DNA of 32,495 bases. It comes from a bacterium (GTDB lineage: Bacteria > SAR324 > NAC60-12). The position numbers and the translations under genes were made by a program. Where the stretch lies: positions 1 through 32,495 of the forward strand of contig CBDDTI010000422.1 in the NCBI GenBank assembly GCA_965233585.1, read 5' to 3'. Below, piece after piece: positions 11,301-22,741 of the stretch (the first letter of the stretch is position 1; every line of letters starts with the position of its first letter). The notes under the pieces were generated by a model. That model was not told the origin of the DNA. It worked only from the letters and a program-made list of their open reading frames with translations, and made no database searches.

Positions 11301-11980
11301 CATCCAAACGGTTCAGAACGGTTCAGGCGTATCAGTTTCTAATACATCCGAACGATTCAGAACGGTTCAGGCGTCTCCGAACTATTCCGAACCATTCCGA
11401 ACTAATCCGAACTCAGGCCTCCGATACATCCGAACGGTTCAGAACGGTTCAAGCGTATCAGGTTTTTGCCTTAGATTCTAAGCTTAAAAGTGGGTAATTT
11501 TTACAACATATTATCATTTAAGTTAACAAGTTGAAGATACATGATTTGTAAGCAAGTAAAGGTTTTAAGCTATGAGGTTTTAAGTTAGTTACAAATTATA
11601 AGAGGAAGAAAAATTGTAAGACAAGTGATGTCAGTTGCAAGTTGTGAGTTGTAAATTGCCATAAGCCAAGGTACTTTAAGTAAAAATTTCGGTGAAGAAA
11701 AACATGTCTGAAAGTAACTTAGGCTGTGATACAAGTCGTGGCAGAATGTTTTCCCAAAGAACGGGGCTGGAAAAAACTTAGGCTAAATTTCACAATCTTC
11801 TGACAAGTATATGTCACACCCAAACCCGTCTAAGGCAGGCAATCTTGTCACGTAAGCGGTCAGTGGCCCTCTGAGATCCATCCTAGGGGCAAGGATGGGG
11901 AAAACGGTGTGACATCTGAACCGTTCTGAACCGTTCGGATGCATTTCATATAGTTCGGAATAGTTCGGGATAGTTCGGGA
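11301..11980. repeat. Internal inverted-repeat pair (possible nested MITE) built from 10-bp units
   Basis: (TCCGAACTAT)n...CATCCGAACGGTTCAGAACGGTTCA at 11376-11451, with extra copies at 11301 and 11345, mirrors TGAACCGTTCTGAACCGTTCGGATG...(TAGTTCGG(A/G)A)x3 at 11917-11980. Confidence 0.8.
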
Positions 11981-12819
11981 CTGTGTTTATATTAAGCTCT
12001 TGTCTCTATAATTTGCCTGTGTGTTATCACACATTTGCCCATAAGTTTACAGCACTAGTTACACAGTACTTCAGTGAGATCGAATTTTGCCTGGTTTCGG
12101 GGCACGTAGATTCGCGTTGCGTGAGGGCGTACATGCGTGGACGTGCGTGCGTGCGTGTATCCTGATCGGACCTGCCTTTCTCGCAGGTGAGTCTTGTCTT
12201 GTTACCTGCCGTTACGTACCAATTTTACTTGCCACAGCCTACCAGGATCTAGCAGGTTTAAGGAAACGAATTAGTTTATCATTTATTCAGCATTATGCAT
12301 TATGCAACACTTACAAGCAGGAAGTGACGATGTGACAACGCAACCATGTACCAATATGTGACAGTGACCCACAAGCACGGTTATCACCAAGAACGGAGCA
12401 ACGAGAACAAGAACAGGAAAGCGAAAAAAAAGAAGAAGAGTAACAATAACAACAACAACCACGACGACGACAACGGCATAACCAACAAATGAAGGGCCAA
12501 TGGAGGGACAAAAAGACAAGTTAAACACACCCACCAGCTTCAATGCCAACTGAATTTCAAGAAACAAACAAAAACCAAAAACTGTAAGCAGGAATCAGGA
12601 GTGTGACAATACAAAAAGAATTGACCCATCTCAACATCAAAAACATCATTGCAATAACGACGTGAACAAAAATGGGCGCGCATAGTAAATCATGAATCAT
12701 GACTCATGACGCATAAATCACAGGAAACAAAAAAATATAACTCACAATGTCAGTCATGACTTGAAGCAAGAAAAGTTCGCGGTTGATAACGTCAATTATG
12801 ACATGAACAAGACTAAAAG

Positions 12820-13233
12820 TGGCGTTTACAAAATCCAAATTTATGTAAGGAAAAAAATTGGCATTTATACAGCGTCAAAATATACATTAGGAAAAAAATG
12901 CGTTTACAACGTCAAAATTTGTATAAAATAAAAAAAATCGGCGTTTACAACGTCAAAATTTACGTAAGAGAAAAAAAATCAGCGTTTGCAACATCGAAAT
13001 TTACGTAAGACCAAAACAAATCGGGGTTTACAACGTCAAAATTTACGTAAAACAAAAAAATCGGCGTTTACAACGTCAAAATTTACGTAAGAAAAAAACC
13101 GGCGTTTACAACGTCAAAATTTACGTAAGAGAAAAAAATCGGCGTTTACAACGTCAAAATTTACGTAAGAAAAAAAATCGGCGTTTACAACATCAAAATT
13201 TACGTAAGAAAAAAAATGGGGGTTTACAACGTC
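12820..13233 (+). repeat. Right subterminal array, ~39-40-bp unit, about 10-11 copies, inverted relative to the left array
   Basis: Tandem CGGCGTTTACAACGTCAAAATTTACGTAAGAAAAAAAAT. It shares TTTACAAC.TCAAAATTTACGT.AGAAAAAA with the reverse complement of the left array. Confidence 0.95.
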
Positions 13234-13741
13234 ACCGATAACGTCAACCAGAATGATACACGTCAGCCGCGACACAAAGGGGCAATTACAGAGGCAGGTA
13301 CCCGAACCAAAGTCTCCGTTACAAAAAACATTGAAAATTCAAGTAATTCGAATAGATACAAATAAAAATTTCTCCATGTAAAATAGTAGATCTTAGTGTA
13401 CCAACCAATGTTTTGTACATCCCTACATTTTATATGGAGGAATATTTCCCCCGATTTTTGATTTTTTTTTTTTTCTGAGTATGAATTTTTCTTGGACCCC
13501 GACCCCCCAAAAAGGTATCTGTGTGAACCTGTTGCTTTGCCACTTCCCTGCATTTTTCTCACTCAGCCTTCAATTGTTTTTAAGGAGCAAGCTATCCTTT
13601 TTGTAAGGAAATGGGCTCACTGATATTTACGGCCTGTCTTTTTACAATGTTGACAAAAAGTAAAGCGGTCATATCCCCTTTCTTTTGCCCAAGAGTTGGG
13701 TTAGAAAGCCAGGCTGACTCGGAAAAGTAGCACGGCGTTGC

Positions 13742-13805
13742 ATTTTGAGATCTTAGTAGTTACAACTACCAAATAGCAGAGTTGCAAGCACTAAGATCTC
13801 AAAAT
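13742..13805. other. 16-bp perfect inverted repeat (hairpin) with a 32-nt loop
   Basis: ATTTTGAGATCTTAGT (13742-13757) pairs with ACTAAGATCTCAAAAT (13790-13805). It extends imperfectly through GTTG/CAAC. Confidence 0.8.
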
Positions 13806-14132
13806 CAACCGCCATGCCACTAGTCTGAATAAGCAAAGTACAACATGCTCAAAAGAGACAACTGCTAAAATCTATGCAGAATTAGGCGCGCAGCTCGTTT
13901 TCCAAGAATCACACCAATTTCCTACAAAATAAATGGCCCCAACCCCGCCAAATTTTCAAACTGCATTTTGAGATTGCTATATCAGGGTAATTTTATGCAT
14001 AAATCATCTATGTTTTTGCTCTTACAATATGGCAAGGTATAGGTAGGCTCCCTATAAAATGGGCCTTGAGGCCCTTCAAATTAGTTCATACCTAGAAACT
14101 CCGAAACCGAGAAAAATCAAGGGTTCAGTCAT

Positions 14133-14168
14133 AAAACCAGGGTTTGCATTGCAAAACCAGGGTTTGCA
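14133..14168. repeat. Palindromic motif cluster AAAACCAGGGTTTGCA, 2 copies (left subterminal)
   Basis: Copies at 14133-14148 and 14150-14168. Confidence 0.8.
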
Positions 14169-14390
14169 ATTTATGCATGTTTCCACGCCTCTTACTGATG
14201 CCTTTTTTCCTGACGGAGCCCAGTGAGACGTTGATTGTCAAAGAGTGCCTGGCCTAAAATGGATGTGCGGGGCTTGGAAAACTACCCAAAAAGGTTTGAA
14301 CACTTTGTAACATCCACCCTTTGAAGTTTGTCATGTCAAAAATTGACATGGCTCAAAGTTGCTGAGTTTAGGGAATTTTAAGCTGCCCTT

Positions 14391-16172
14391 TCATCCGTCA
14401 AAGGCCTTGCTAGTCGGCCGAATTATGTATCCAGCTTTGGCAAAATGTTCGTATGATGCCTGCAAATGGCGCTGGAGCACCCTCGGAGCCACTTGGAGAA
14501 GTTTAAGGGTTACTCGCCTCGCAAGGCGAGAAGGTCTTCTCACGAAGTTCTCTGATTGCTGTGTTGCCCAGCATATTGGGTTCACAAGTGGGCCTATGAA
14601 CGATCCTTCGAAGAGATATAAGGTGAGATGGTGTAGTGCGCGATGCTTCGGTTGAAGAATCCACAAGCACTGCTGGCGTTCAACTGAAAGGCGCGCTAAA
14701 AGAGCATACCGCTTCAGAAACGCTAGGCCCAAGTCAGCTGCATTTCTGCTTTCTCGACATGTCAAAAAGGCTTCGCCCTTGTAGAATACCCGAAGGAAAG
14801 AGTTGGCCATGACTGCGGCCTCACCAGCAAGCTGTGCCATTTCTGGCCATGCCCTGCCTTCCGCTTTGAATCGCCACTCCATCCATTTCATGAGCACTGT
14901 GGTCAAGGCTCCTTTGTGCCAACCGCCGGTTGGAAAAGTGGTAGTGGTGCCCCATCCTATCAGCTCCTTGGAGATCTTTGAGACATGCGGCTGCTTCTTG
15001 TGTGCCAAGCAAAAATCTAAAAACAGTTGGGACAACCTCTCAAAGCGGTCATCAACCGAAGACTCTGGTTGAAGCTCTGACAAGATTGCTATAAAACTGC
15101 TGAGGAAATATTTGCCCACCCCTAAATGCCAGCAATGAAAGACATCAAAGGACCAAAGCAGCCCCAATCTGCCAGGAGGATGTGGCACCTGCTCAAGAGG
15201 CGATGGTCCCCAATCCTCACTATGCAAATCTTGGGCGTGCATAGTGGGCCTCCACTTTGGCTGCGCTGTGTTGATTTGCTCGAAGTCAAAGCCAACTTGA
15301 CCTGCTCTGCAAAGATGGCAAATACCAACCGGAGGTTTTCGCCGCACATTTGTGCGGTGCTTCGGCACGTTTCTGAAGCTGCGCTCCATGTATGCAGAGT
15401 CAGAGAGAAATGGCCAATCGCCAGAGACTTGCAGGAGTGCAAATGTAAATTTGCCGCGGCTAGCCAAGCGATCCATCACACCATTGTGCAACAAGTCTTT
15501 GGACTCTTCGGCAACCAAGGCAAGGAGGCTGTGAAAAACATATTCTCGTTTGCCAGTGTACATCAACTTGGGCATGGCTGCAAAGAGAAACCTCGAAGTG
15601 AGCGAATGCCCTTCGTAGTTGGGCAGCAACTTGACATATTGGTCTTTACCTTTTAATGTTGCCAGGCCTCTCCCGAGCATGCTATGATAATTCATCACAA
15701 GAAAGGCGCTCCTCTTCCGTCCACGCCCCTCGTCACCATGCAAAATTGTCGGTATGCATGTCGAGAGGTTCAGACGGTTGGAGTCTGCTAGTGCAAAGAC
15801 GGGATGATCGGGCACCTGAAGCCGGTACTGTTTCCAAAAATGATCAAGGATTGCAGCTTCTCTCGCATGATCAGGCTTCATCAATCCACAAAAAATGTGG
15901 GTGTGATTGTTCATCACCAGGTACTCACACCAATCACGGAACCGAAGTACTGGAACGAACTAGTCCCTACCGTCATCCCCCGTATCCAGCCGAGATTGAG
16001 GAATCGGCAACGCTAGCTGATGCTTTCCCACAAGAAGCCTTCTACAGTCCCGTTCGGTATTCTGTTCTGAACGCTTGGACAAATCAACAAGACCGGGTGA
16101 TCGGTTAGCAGCTGCTACCCCCACATCAGCTACAACTGCTTTGGCTGCCCGGACGACCGCAGCACATGCGGC
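14391..16172 (-). pseudogene. CACTA/EnSpm/Plavaka-type DDE transposase; main exon of ~590 codons with one in-frame TAG at 15962-15960; first exon not located
   Basis: Ordered motifs HGDEG, GDWP, CHLC, DVFHCWHLG, QPKHRALHH and SENF match the CMC/EnSpm pattern (D..D..CxxC..DxxH..KxH..E). ORFs 15960-16217 and 14391-15917 share a frame (...DDGRD*FVPVLRFRDWCEYLVMNNH...). Likely acceptor AAG|GCC at 16172. Confidence 0.8.
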
Positions 16173-16452
16173 CTTGGGACACCGGGCAAAAGCGTCAGAG
16201 GGAGGAAAAAAAGGCAAACCAAAGGGTGGATGTTACAAAAGTGTCACGCTGGGGTAGGGTATTGCACAGTTTGGCACAGCGTCGTGGTTGTGAATTCAAA
16301 CAATTTAGAGAAAAGTTTCGTTCAAGCAAAAATTTGTTGCAAACAAAACTAAGACCAGACACCTGACAAATTGTTGCAAGCCATTTTTTCCCTTCTTGTT
16401 GCGGGCCACTTGTAGGCCTTTTGAGTAGCGCAAAACCATTTGTGGAAACATA

Positions 16453-17294
16453 TCACACACATTTTTTTACAGGTGGTAGGTGCCGAAAAAATCTATATAC
16501 AACGTATGTCATGTAGATTTGGTCTTCCCAGGTTTCACCAACGTCATGGATAGTGTCACCGCCAAATCTGGTATTTTTGCACCCGGCAGTGCCTTGGATG
16601 ATTGGACAGGTTGCGTTAGGGTGGTCAAGGGTCTATCTACTTGTAAGGGGTTCTGACTTCTAACTATTAACATTTCTTTAGGTGAACATAACCCCCGACT
16701 ATATATCTATAGATTTAAATCTCATATTATGAAAAAATTGGTTTACAATTTTTGGATTTGGAAATAGTGGAACAAGGTGCTGCGGTACTTGTCGATCATG
16801 GCTGCTTCCAGCATGCCAGCGCTGTAAGGTTCAGGTGAAATGTACATAATCAGCATATGACTGAATCGTTCCTTTCCAAAGGCATAGCCGTAAAGTTTGT
16901 TGCCCCACCTCCATAAAGGAGAGTGTGTAAACCCAACCTTCCATGTCAAGGGAGCTTGAGATTGGAAAAGGTTTTCCAATACGGTAGAGGTATGACGAAC
17001 TACGGCGCCCGAAACAGCATCCAAATTTAGAAGTTAAAATTGAACCACACCAGGATACTGCTGTTCCAGTGTGCCCTGAAGATCCCTTAGCTTTGGAAAC
17101 CGGTCAATGTAGAGAGCTAACCGTTTGGACCACAAATTCCTGCTCGCTGACGTTGATTCGATTTTCGGAATGGTTTCAAAGTCAATTTTCCTCCTTTTCA
17201 GATCTGTTTCCTCCATGGTAGCAGTCTGCAAAGGCGCTGCTTCGCAACATGGTTTCTGGACATGACTTAGCCATGAAATAGACGACTTGGAAAC
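16453..17294 (-). pseudogene. GIY-YIG-like nuclease gene; exons 17294-16781 and 16592-16453; one in-frame TAA at 17036-17034; more 5' exons possible up to ~18050
   Basis: WKVGFTH..LWRW..YGY..AGMLEAAMIDKYR splices (GC donor, AG|G acceptor, phase 1) to STAGCKNTRFGGD..YMTYVVYRFF..stop. KxGxT, R, ExxxI and NxxxGG are GIY-YIG hallmarks. ORFs 17034-17321 and 16743-17024 are in frame across the stop. Confidence 0.6.
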
Positions 17295-18399
17295 CTGAGG
17301 CAAGAGGGCCCCAAACATCAAACTGAATTAATAGGTAAAAGATCACGTCATTTTTTTTGAAATAAAATGATTTTCAACCGGTTTTGTTCTGTTCTTTCAG
17401 TCAAGGAACTGACCGGTGACATGTTAACAGTTTCACCAACCAAGCGTCATCTTCATCAAGCTCAGATACATCATCGGACGGGCATTGCATGAAAAATAAA
17501 TTATCGATCTAAATACATAGGGCATTATGCCTGGAAATGGGCCACATGCAGCTGCGCCGGATAGGCAGAAGAGGTTGAATCAAAAATCACATGCTTGCCC
17601 TTTGTTGGCCCTTGAGGTGCTGACGCCATTGCCAATTTCATGGCTGAAGTTGCGAACTGCGCGGCCCACAGGCCGACCTGGCAGAGAAGGAGTCATGCGA
17701 AGAGAGTCAAGAGTAATGGGGATACATTGGGTAATGTGGGGTATTTCGGGGTAAGCCGTTTGAACTAATCCCAAAAAAACAAAGCGTCCCACACATTTAT
17801 AAGACAATTAAAAGTTTGTGGGTAGGTTCAACTTCAAATCAAATAGGTCAAGAATGCAAAGGCATCTCACAGAGCGCAATCTTCCAGCTGTCCCGCAGAC
17901 ACGGCTCCGGTTTGCCAAATGCAGGCCACAAATTGATTGAAGAGAGGACTGCTTGTGGGGATATCCCACAGCTCTGGTGCAGGCGACCCCCAACTCCCCA
18001 AACAAATCTTAGAGGACCTAAATTAAAAGTTGGAACCATCATGGGAATCAGCAACGTATTTAAGTATATACATAATGGTTCGGATGGTCACCCGCAGGAA
18101 AGCTTAGAGGGTTTTCAACTGCACACCCAAATCTACTTGGCTACTTATCACAGGCTCCCACATCATCACACGCCAGAATGAAACAACAAATTGTATTAAG
18201 TTGTTCGAACATAAATATATATATCAAGACGGACTGGTTTCAAGCGTGTTTTGATGTTCAATGGAAAAGTGAAATCTGAAATCTTAACTTTTGCGTTCAG
18301 GCATGTGTAAATGCACAACGAACTGCTAAGTGATCATTGCCAAGAGAGTCACATAGGTTCAGCCCATGCGACAACCCCAAAACCAAAAACATGATCCAC

Positions 18400-21300
18400 C
18401 TACTTGGCCTTTTTGGCCTTCTTTTTGATGGAACTTTTGGCAGCGGCAGCCTTTGCACGGGCACTGCTATTCGCAACCGGCTTTTCAACTTCAGTAGAGG
18501 GGGTCCTCTTGTCCCTGGTGTAGAACTTCTTTGCATTCCTGCAGCAGTTTTGGGAGAGGAAGAAATGATAAGCTGACTTGATAAAACTAAGCTTTTCCAA
18601 AAAGAAGTCAGGGAAGTCAAGGAATTTATGATATGTGAGATGTCGTTATTTGTTTATATAAGTTCAAGTTGGTGAGCTATGGTCAGAATCAACATGGCTT
18701 CTGGCCCCCCCAACAGTCCTCACTTTGTTCTCAGTCGCCAAAGTCTTAGAGCACCTTAGCAAGGGCTGCCAGGTGGAGGAAGATTTGACGGGCTTCACCC
18801 AAAACAAAATTCTCTGGGGCACAGCGTCAAGGAAATTGAGGTATGAATGTAAAGGTTGCTTTCTTCATTCGTTCCTCTGCCATTTTCACAAACCTCACAA
18901 CAATTTTGGGGAACATCCCAAGGGTTGGTACATTGGAAGATTCAAGGTGATTCAAGTATATGGTTTTTTCTTGAATGATGCAATGTAGTTGCAACCATTC
19001 ACCCGTTCAGATCAATAACTGAAATCTGAAAGTGTAGTGCTAATAGAGTTGAGAAAATTGAGTACGTAGCTCTGGAGATCCAAATTTGTCAGCTTCGCCC
19101 CGGGCCCAAGCTTCATTGCAGGAGTCATAGGCCATGTCAACCTCCTTGATCGCCACTTCCAAAGCTGGAATGCACCTTGGTGCAGCTGGGTGGGAACAAG
19201 GTTCTGCCAGGACTGATTGAATTGGGGTAATTAGCCAATGGACCAATTGCTATACTATACTTGTACATGAACAACAGACCAATATATGCTTGCGTGAGAT
19301 GCCATGTTTTAGCCAGAACTGCATAAGATAAGGGGCTGTGTGGCAGCACTGTCACTTGAATACTTTGAACGTAACTCCCGGATCAAAGATCTCAGCTTCC
19401 CCGATTTGCTCATCATGGATTCCAAGAAGCGACCAAGGTCATCCTTAACCTGCGATGTGGGAAAGGTAGCAGGATTGCTATAATCAAACTTATAAATAAA
19501 TATTGTATACTCTATAGTTACTGGTAGGGATGGCGAGCCATTCACGCAGTAGACTTGCATGGTGTCCACTTCAGAAGGACCGCTTACTTACCAAAGTAGG
19601 TTTTGATTTTTGTTGAACATGTTCGCATGGATCCATGCACATGTATGGGGTCGATGGCAGCACAAGAATGAGTCTATGATAGTCACGAAGCTGCATCCCT
19701 GTCCTGGGCATAGCGATTGTGTGAGGGATCTTCAATCGCCTTGGTACGTTCCTTCTGCTCTCGATCTTCCATATCCTTCAGGGCACCAAACTTGTCCCCA
19801 GCCATGGTGTACGCCGGGTCAGTGTTGGCCTCTCGCCAGGCAAAAGGGTCATGGATCCTCTGTTAAGAAAAAGCAGTTTGGCAAGCAAAATGTTGGGGGC
19901 CTTGGATGTGTTCCGGTGCTGTTCTTCGTAGGAATACTCTGTGGTTTTGTGCCCAGTTTCACGGACAGTGACCCAATATTCCTGGGCTCCATCATAAGCA
20001 TTTCGCCTGGCCAAGGCTATGGTCCATCAGGTTGGGGTTACATGTAAAGTAAAATAAACAACAATAAATGGTCCATATGTGTTTGGCATTGTTGATTCAA
20101 ATTCCCACATCCAAATCATGAGAGTGGATGGCCTACAATGGGATTCGCCAATTGCCACACATCGGGAAATCGCACCTTGGATGCGAGTCCTTGGTAGGTC
20201 ATGGCTCATTCATATATATATATATATAATATATGTTGATTGGCCGCTATGGCAAATCAGTATGAAGCACTACTGGGGTATGTACATGTGTAAATAACAT
20301 CTTTTATAAAAAATATTAAGGTTCCTACTGAGACCACTTGAGGTCATCGGCCATCTCAGACTGGCTGTACCAGCCTTCTTCTTTCTTGATCTGCACCGTC
20401 TGCTTCTTTGAAACAATTGTATGCAAAGTGGATAAGAACTCTTCCTGCAGGAAAATAAAACATGATTGGTGGAAGAACAACAGCTGGTGGTAAAATAATT
20501 GTAACCATTTATGACCCAAATTGTGTTTCCAAAAATGCCGGAATCATTGAATAACTTTTGAGGGCAGCCTTACAACCTTACTTTTTTGAACTGCGATCCT
20601 TCTGGAAATTTTCTTGGCGTAGGACATCACCGATCTCATCTTTCGTCATGGACCCACCACCTTTCCATTCACGCTTCAACCACTCAGGGCAATTTAAATG
20701 GGGCCTTGAAGGGTGGTCCTTGCACATGCGGTCGACCCTGGCTTTGGCTGCACGACGGAGCTTCATCTCCAGGGGGTGAAGGATGCGAAATTGTGATACC
20801 CCACGCCCCACGATAGGAAAATATTGTAGCAACCATATATCAATTGTGTCATCTTTGAACATATTTATCAAGCAAGTTTCCAAAAATGATTAGAGCTGGA
20901 TAGTTAACAGTATATTGAATGAATGCACGGATACATCATCTAATATCACACACATATGATTCAAAACTTTCAGTATTGGTATATCCAAGCCTGACGATCG
21001 GTCATGCCACCAATTCGAAAGATAGATCGTGTCGCTTGAGATCCGTCAGGTTTCTTTGTCTTATCATCCGTGGATTCCATGGATTGGTCTGGTACCTGGT
21101 CACCTGGAGCCTGCTTGGAAGGTTCACCAACCACTCGGTTGTTCTCACCGGGGTTTTCTTTCTGCTTCTTAGAAGGGGAATTCTCCAAGCATTCAACAGA
21201 CTGAGGAGGTCCAGGCCGTTTGCGAAGAGGTGTTGCCACTGGCATAGCGGATTGCAAAGTAGAATCCTCGATCAAGCGGTTTAGAAAAGTCAGAGTTGGT

Positions 21301-21982
21301 TACATGCAGCAACAAAAATATATAATATATGTAAGATATCAGGCGTTTGTTTGCACCACCTTGGCTATGAAGACTGTCAATTCGAATTCGCAGCTGGAGC
21401 ACAACACCATTCCCAGGGGTCTCAAGAGCACCTGCTTGTGCTGCTTCTAGTTCTTCTTCCGTAGCCTGGGGCGCGGTGAAAAAATCCCCAAGTTGACTTG
21501 ATTGTTGCGTTTGGCTTTGAGGTTGGAACAGGAAGAGTTTCCGCTTCACAGGGCAAGGGCTCCCCAGTCAAAGCCTTCAGCAGTGGATGCATGGTATTTA
21601 GGAGAAAAGACTTATACTTTAACTCAACTGAATTTTGAGGTCCCAGCGGTGCTATCACTTTCTTGTGGGTCAACAAGGGGCTGCCCAAGTTTCGTATTGA
21701 TCTCCTGCATGCAAAATGCACCTGAATGGTATTTCCGGTGCCAACTGTAATATATCAAACATGGTTTTGAGTTCGTATGTTATGATCAGCTAGAAATTTC
21801 AATCCATTAATTGAATACATGTCCACTTGGGCATGATTGCACATGACATCAGTCATAATGGCCTCCAATTCTTTGAGCAAACGGGCTTCTTCATCAAAAG
21901 CGTAGTCAAGGACATGTGCCATCCCACACTCCAGCGTCTCACAACTCCACAAGTTTGAAACGGGGATCTCTTGCTGAGACAT
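18400..21982 (-). CDS. Multi-exon hypothetical protein (element accessory gene); exon structure only partly resolved
   Basis: Protein-like segments, several starting at AG|G sites: MSQQEIPV..(21982), KLRRAAKARVDRMCKDHPSRPHLNCPEWLKREWK, EEFLSTL..EGWYSQSEMADDLKWS, RRNAYDGAQEYWVTVRE, VKDDLGRFLESMMSKSGKLRSLIREL, CIPALEVAIKEVDMAYD, and a Lys-rich end ..KKKAKKAK*. Confidence 0.65.
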
Positions 21983-22409
21983 CCTGGTCCAGCTAAAATG
22001 GCATCGGATTCATTAGAGCAGGATAGACCAAACAGTTTTGGACATGTCTTTCAGTAAGGGACCATTAGACAGTTTAATTCATATTTATCATTTTTTCATC
22101 ATAGAAGACTAGACTTGTTGAACAATCTCTGTTTCCGTCAAACCCGTCAAAACCCGCTTTATGTGTGTTGCTTTCTTGCAAGCCATGCATGATTGATGCC
22201 AGAGGTTGAATACTAGTGGAAGGTAGGTGCACATAATTGAACAACAAAGACAATGACAAAAACCTGCTCTATGATGAATAGCTATTTTCGTGTTGATTTT
22301 GCCAATCTCGATCGGGGAATTTGCAAGCCCCACTTCTGCAAATTAAGGTTCTCGAAGCTTCTCGAATTTCTCGAATTAGCCAACCCCAAATGATCGAAAT
22401 TTGTCATCA

Positions 22410-22640
22410 AAACCAGGTGAAAAATGGACTGGTTTTGGAGGTCTCAACCCGTGAAAAAAATCACGGGTTGTCACGGGTAAATCATGGGTTGGTCATGGGT
22501 TCGTCACGGGTTTGTGCAAAACCAGGTTTTTCACTAAACCCAGGTTTTGGGGTCCCAAACCCAGGGTTTTGGTTCCGAAACCCAGGGTTTGCATCTGTAA
22601 ATCACGGGTTGGTCACGGGTTTAGGATCAAACCCGACATT
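22410..22640. repeat. Internal cluster of AAACCCAGG(G/T)TTT palindromes and CACGGGTT/AACCCG motifs
   Basis: Four palindrome-like copies at 22515-22593. TCACGGG(T) or TCATGGGT occurs about 7 times at 22460-22620. Confidence 0.8.
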
Positions 22641-22741
22641 TGCATGTGGAAAAATTTCAAAGTGTTGAAAGTAGCGAATAATCAACCATGATTTTTCATC
22701 GATCCCTCGAACCCTGGGATTGGTTCCCCCACCGAAAATAT

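Larger units (their letters stand above)
10469..13310. mobile_element. Non-autonomous foldback-type DNA transposon (2.84 kb) with terminal inverted repeats and subterminal tandem arrays
   Basis: TTGGTTCGGGCACCTGCCTCT (10469-10489) is the reverse complement of AGAGGCAGGTACCCGAACCAA (13290-13310) at 20/21. The flanks AGTTTTCG (10461-10468) and AGTCTCCG (13311-13318) form a degenerate target-site duplication. Inverted 40-bp arrays lie inside both ends. No credible internal ORF. Confidence 0.85.

Noticed and set aside
10545..13233. The 40-bp arrays as a CRISPR array
   Set aside because: The units are head-to-tail with no unique spacers, no cas genes are present, and the context is eukaryotic.
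14359..16366. Plus-strand ORFs overlapping the transposase
   Set aside because: They are antisense shadows of the minus-strand coding region with no recognisable motifs.
15960..17036. TAA/TAG reassigned to Gln (alternative genetic code)
   Set aside because: The MTase and gene B appear to end at TAG, and only two internal stops occur in more than 1000 codons that otherwise use CAA/CAG for Gln.
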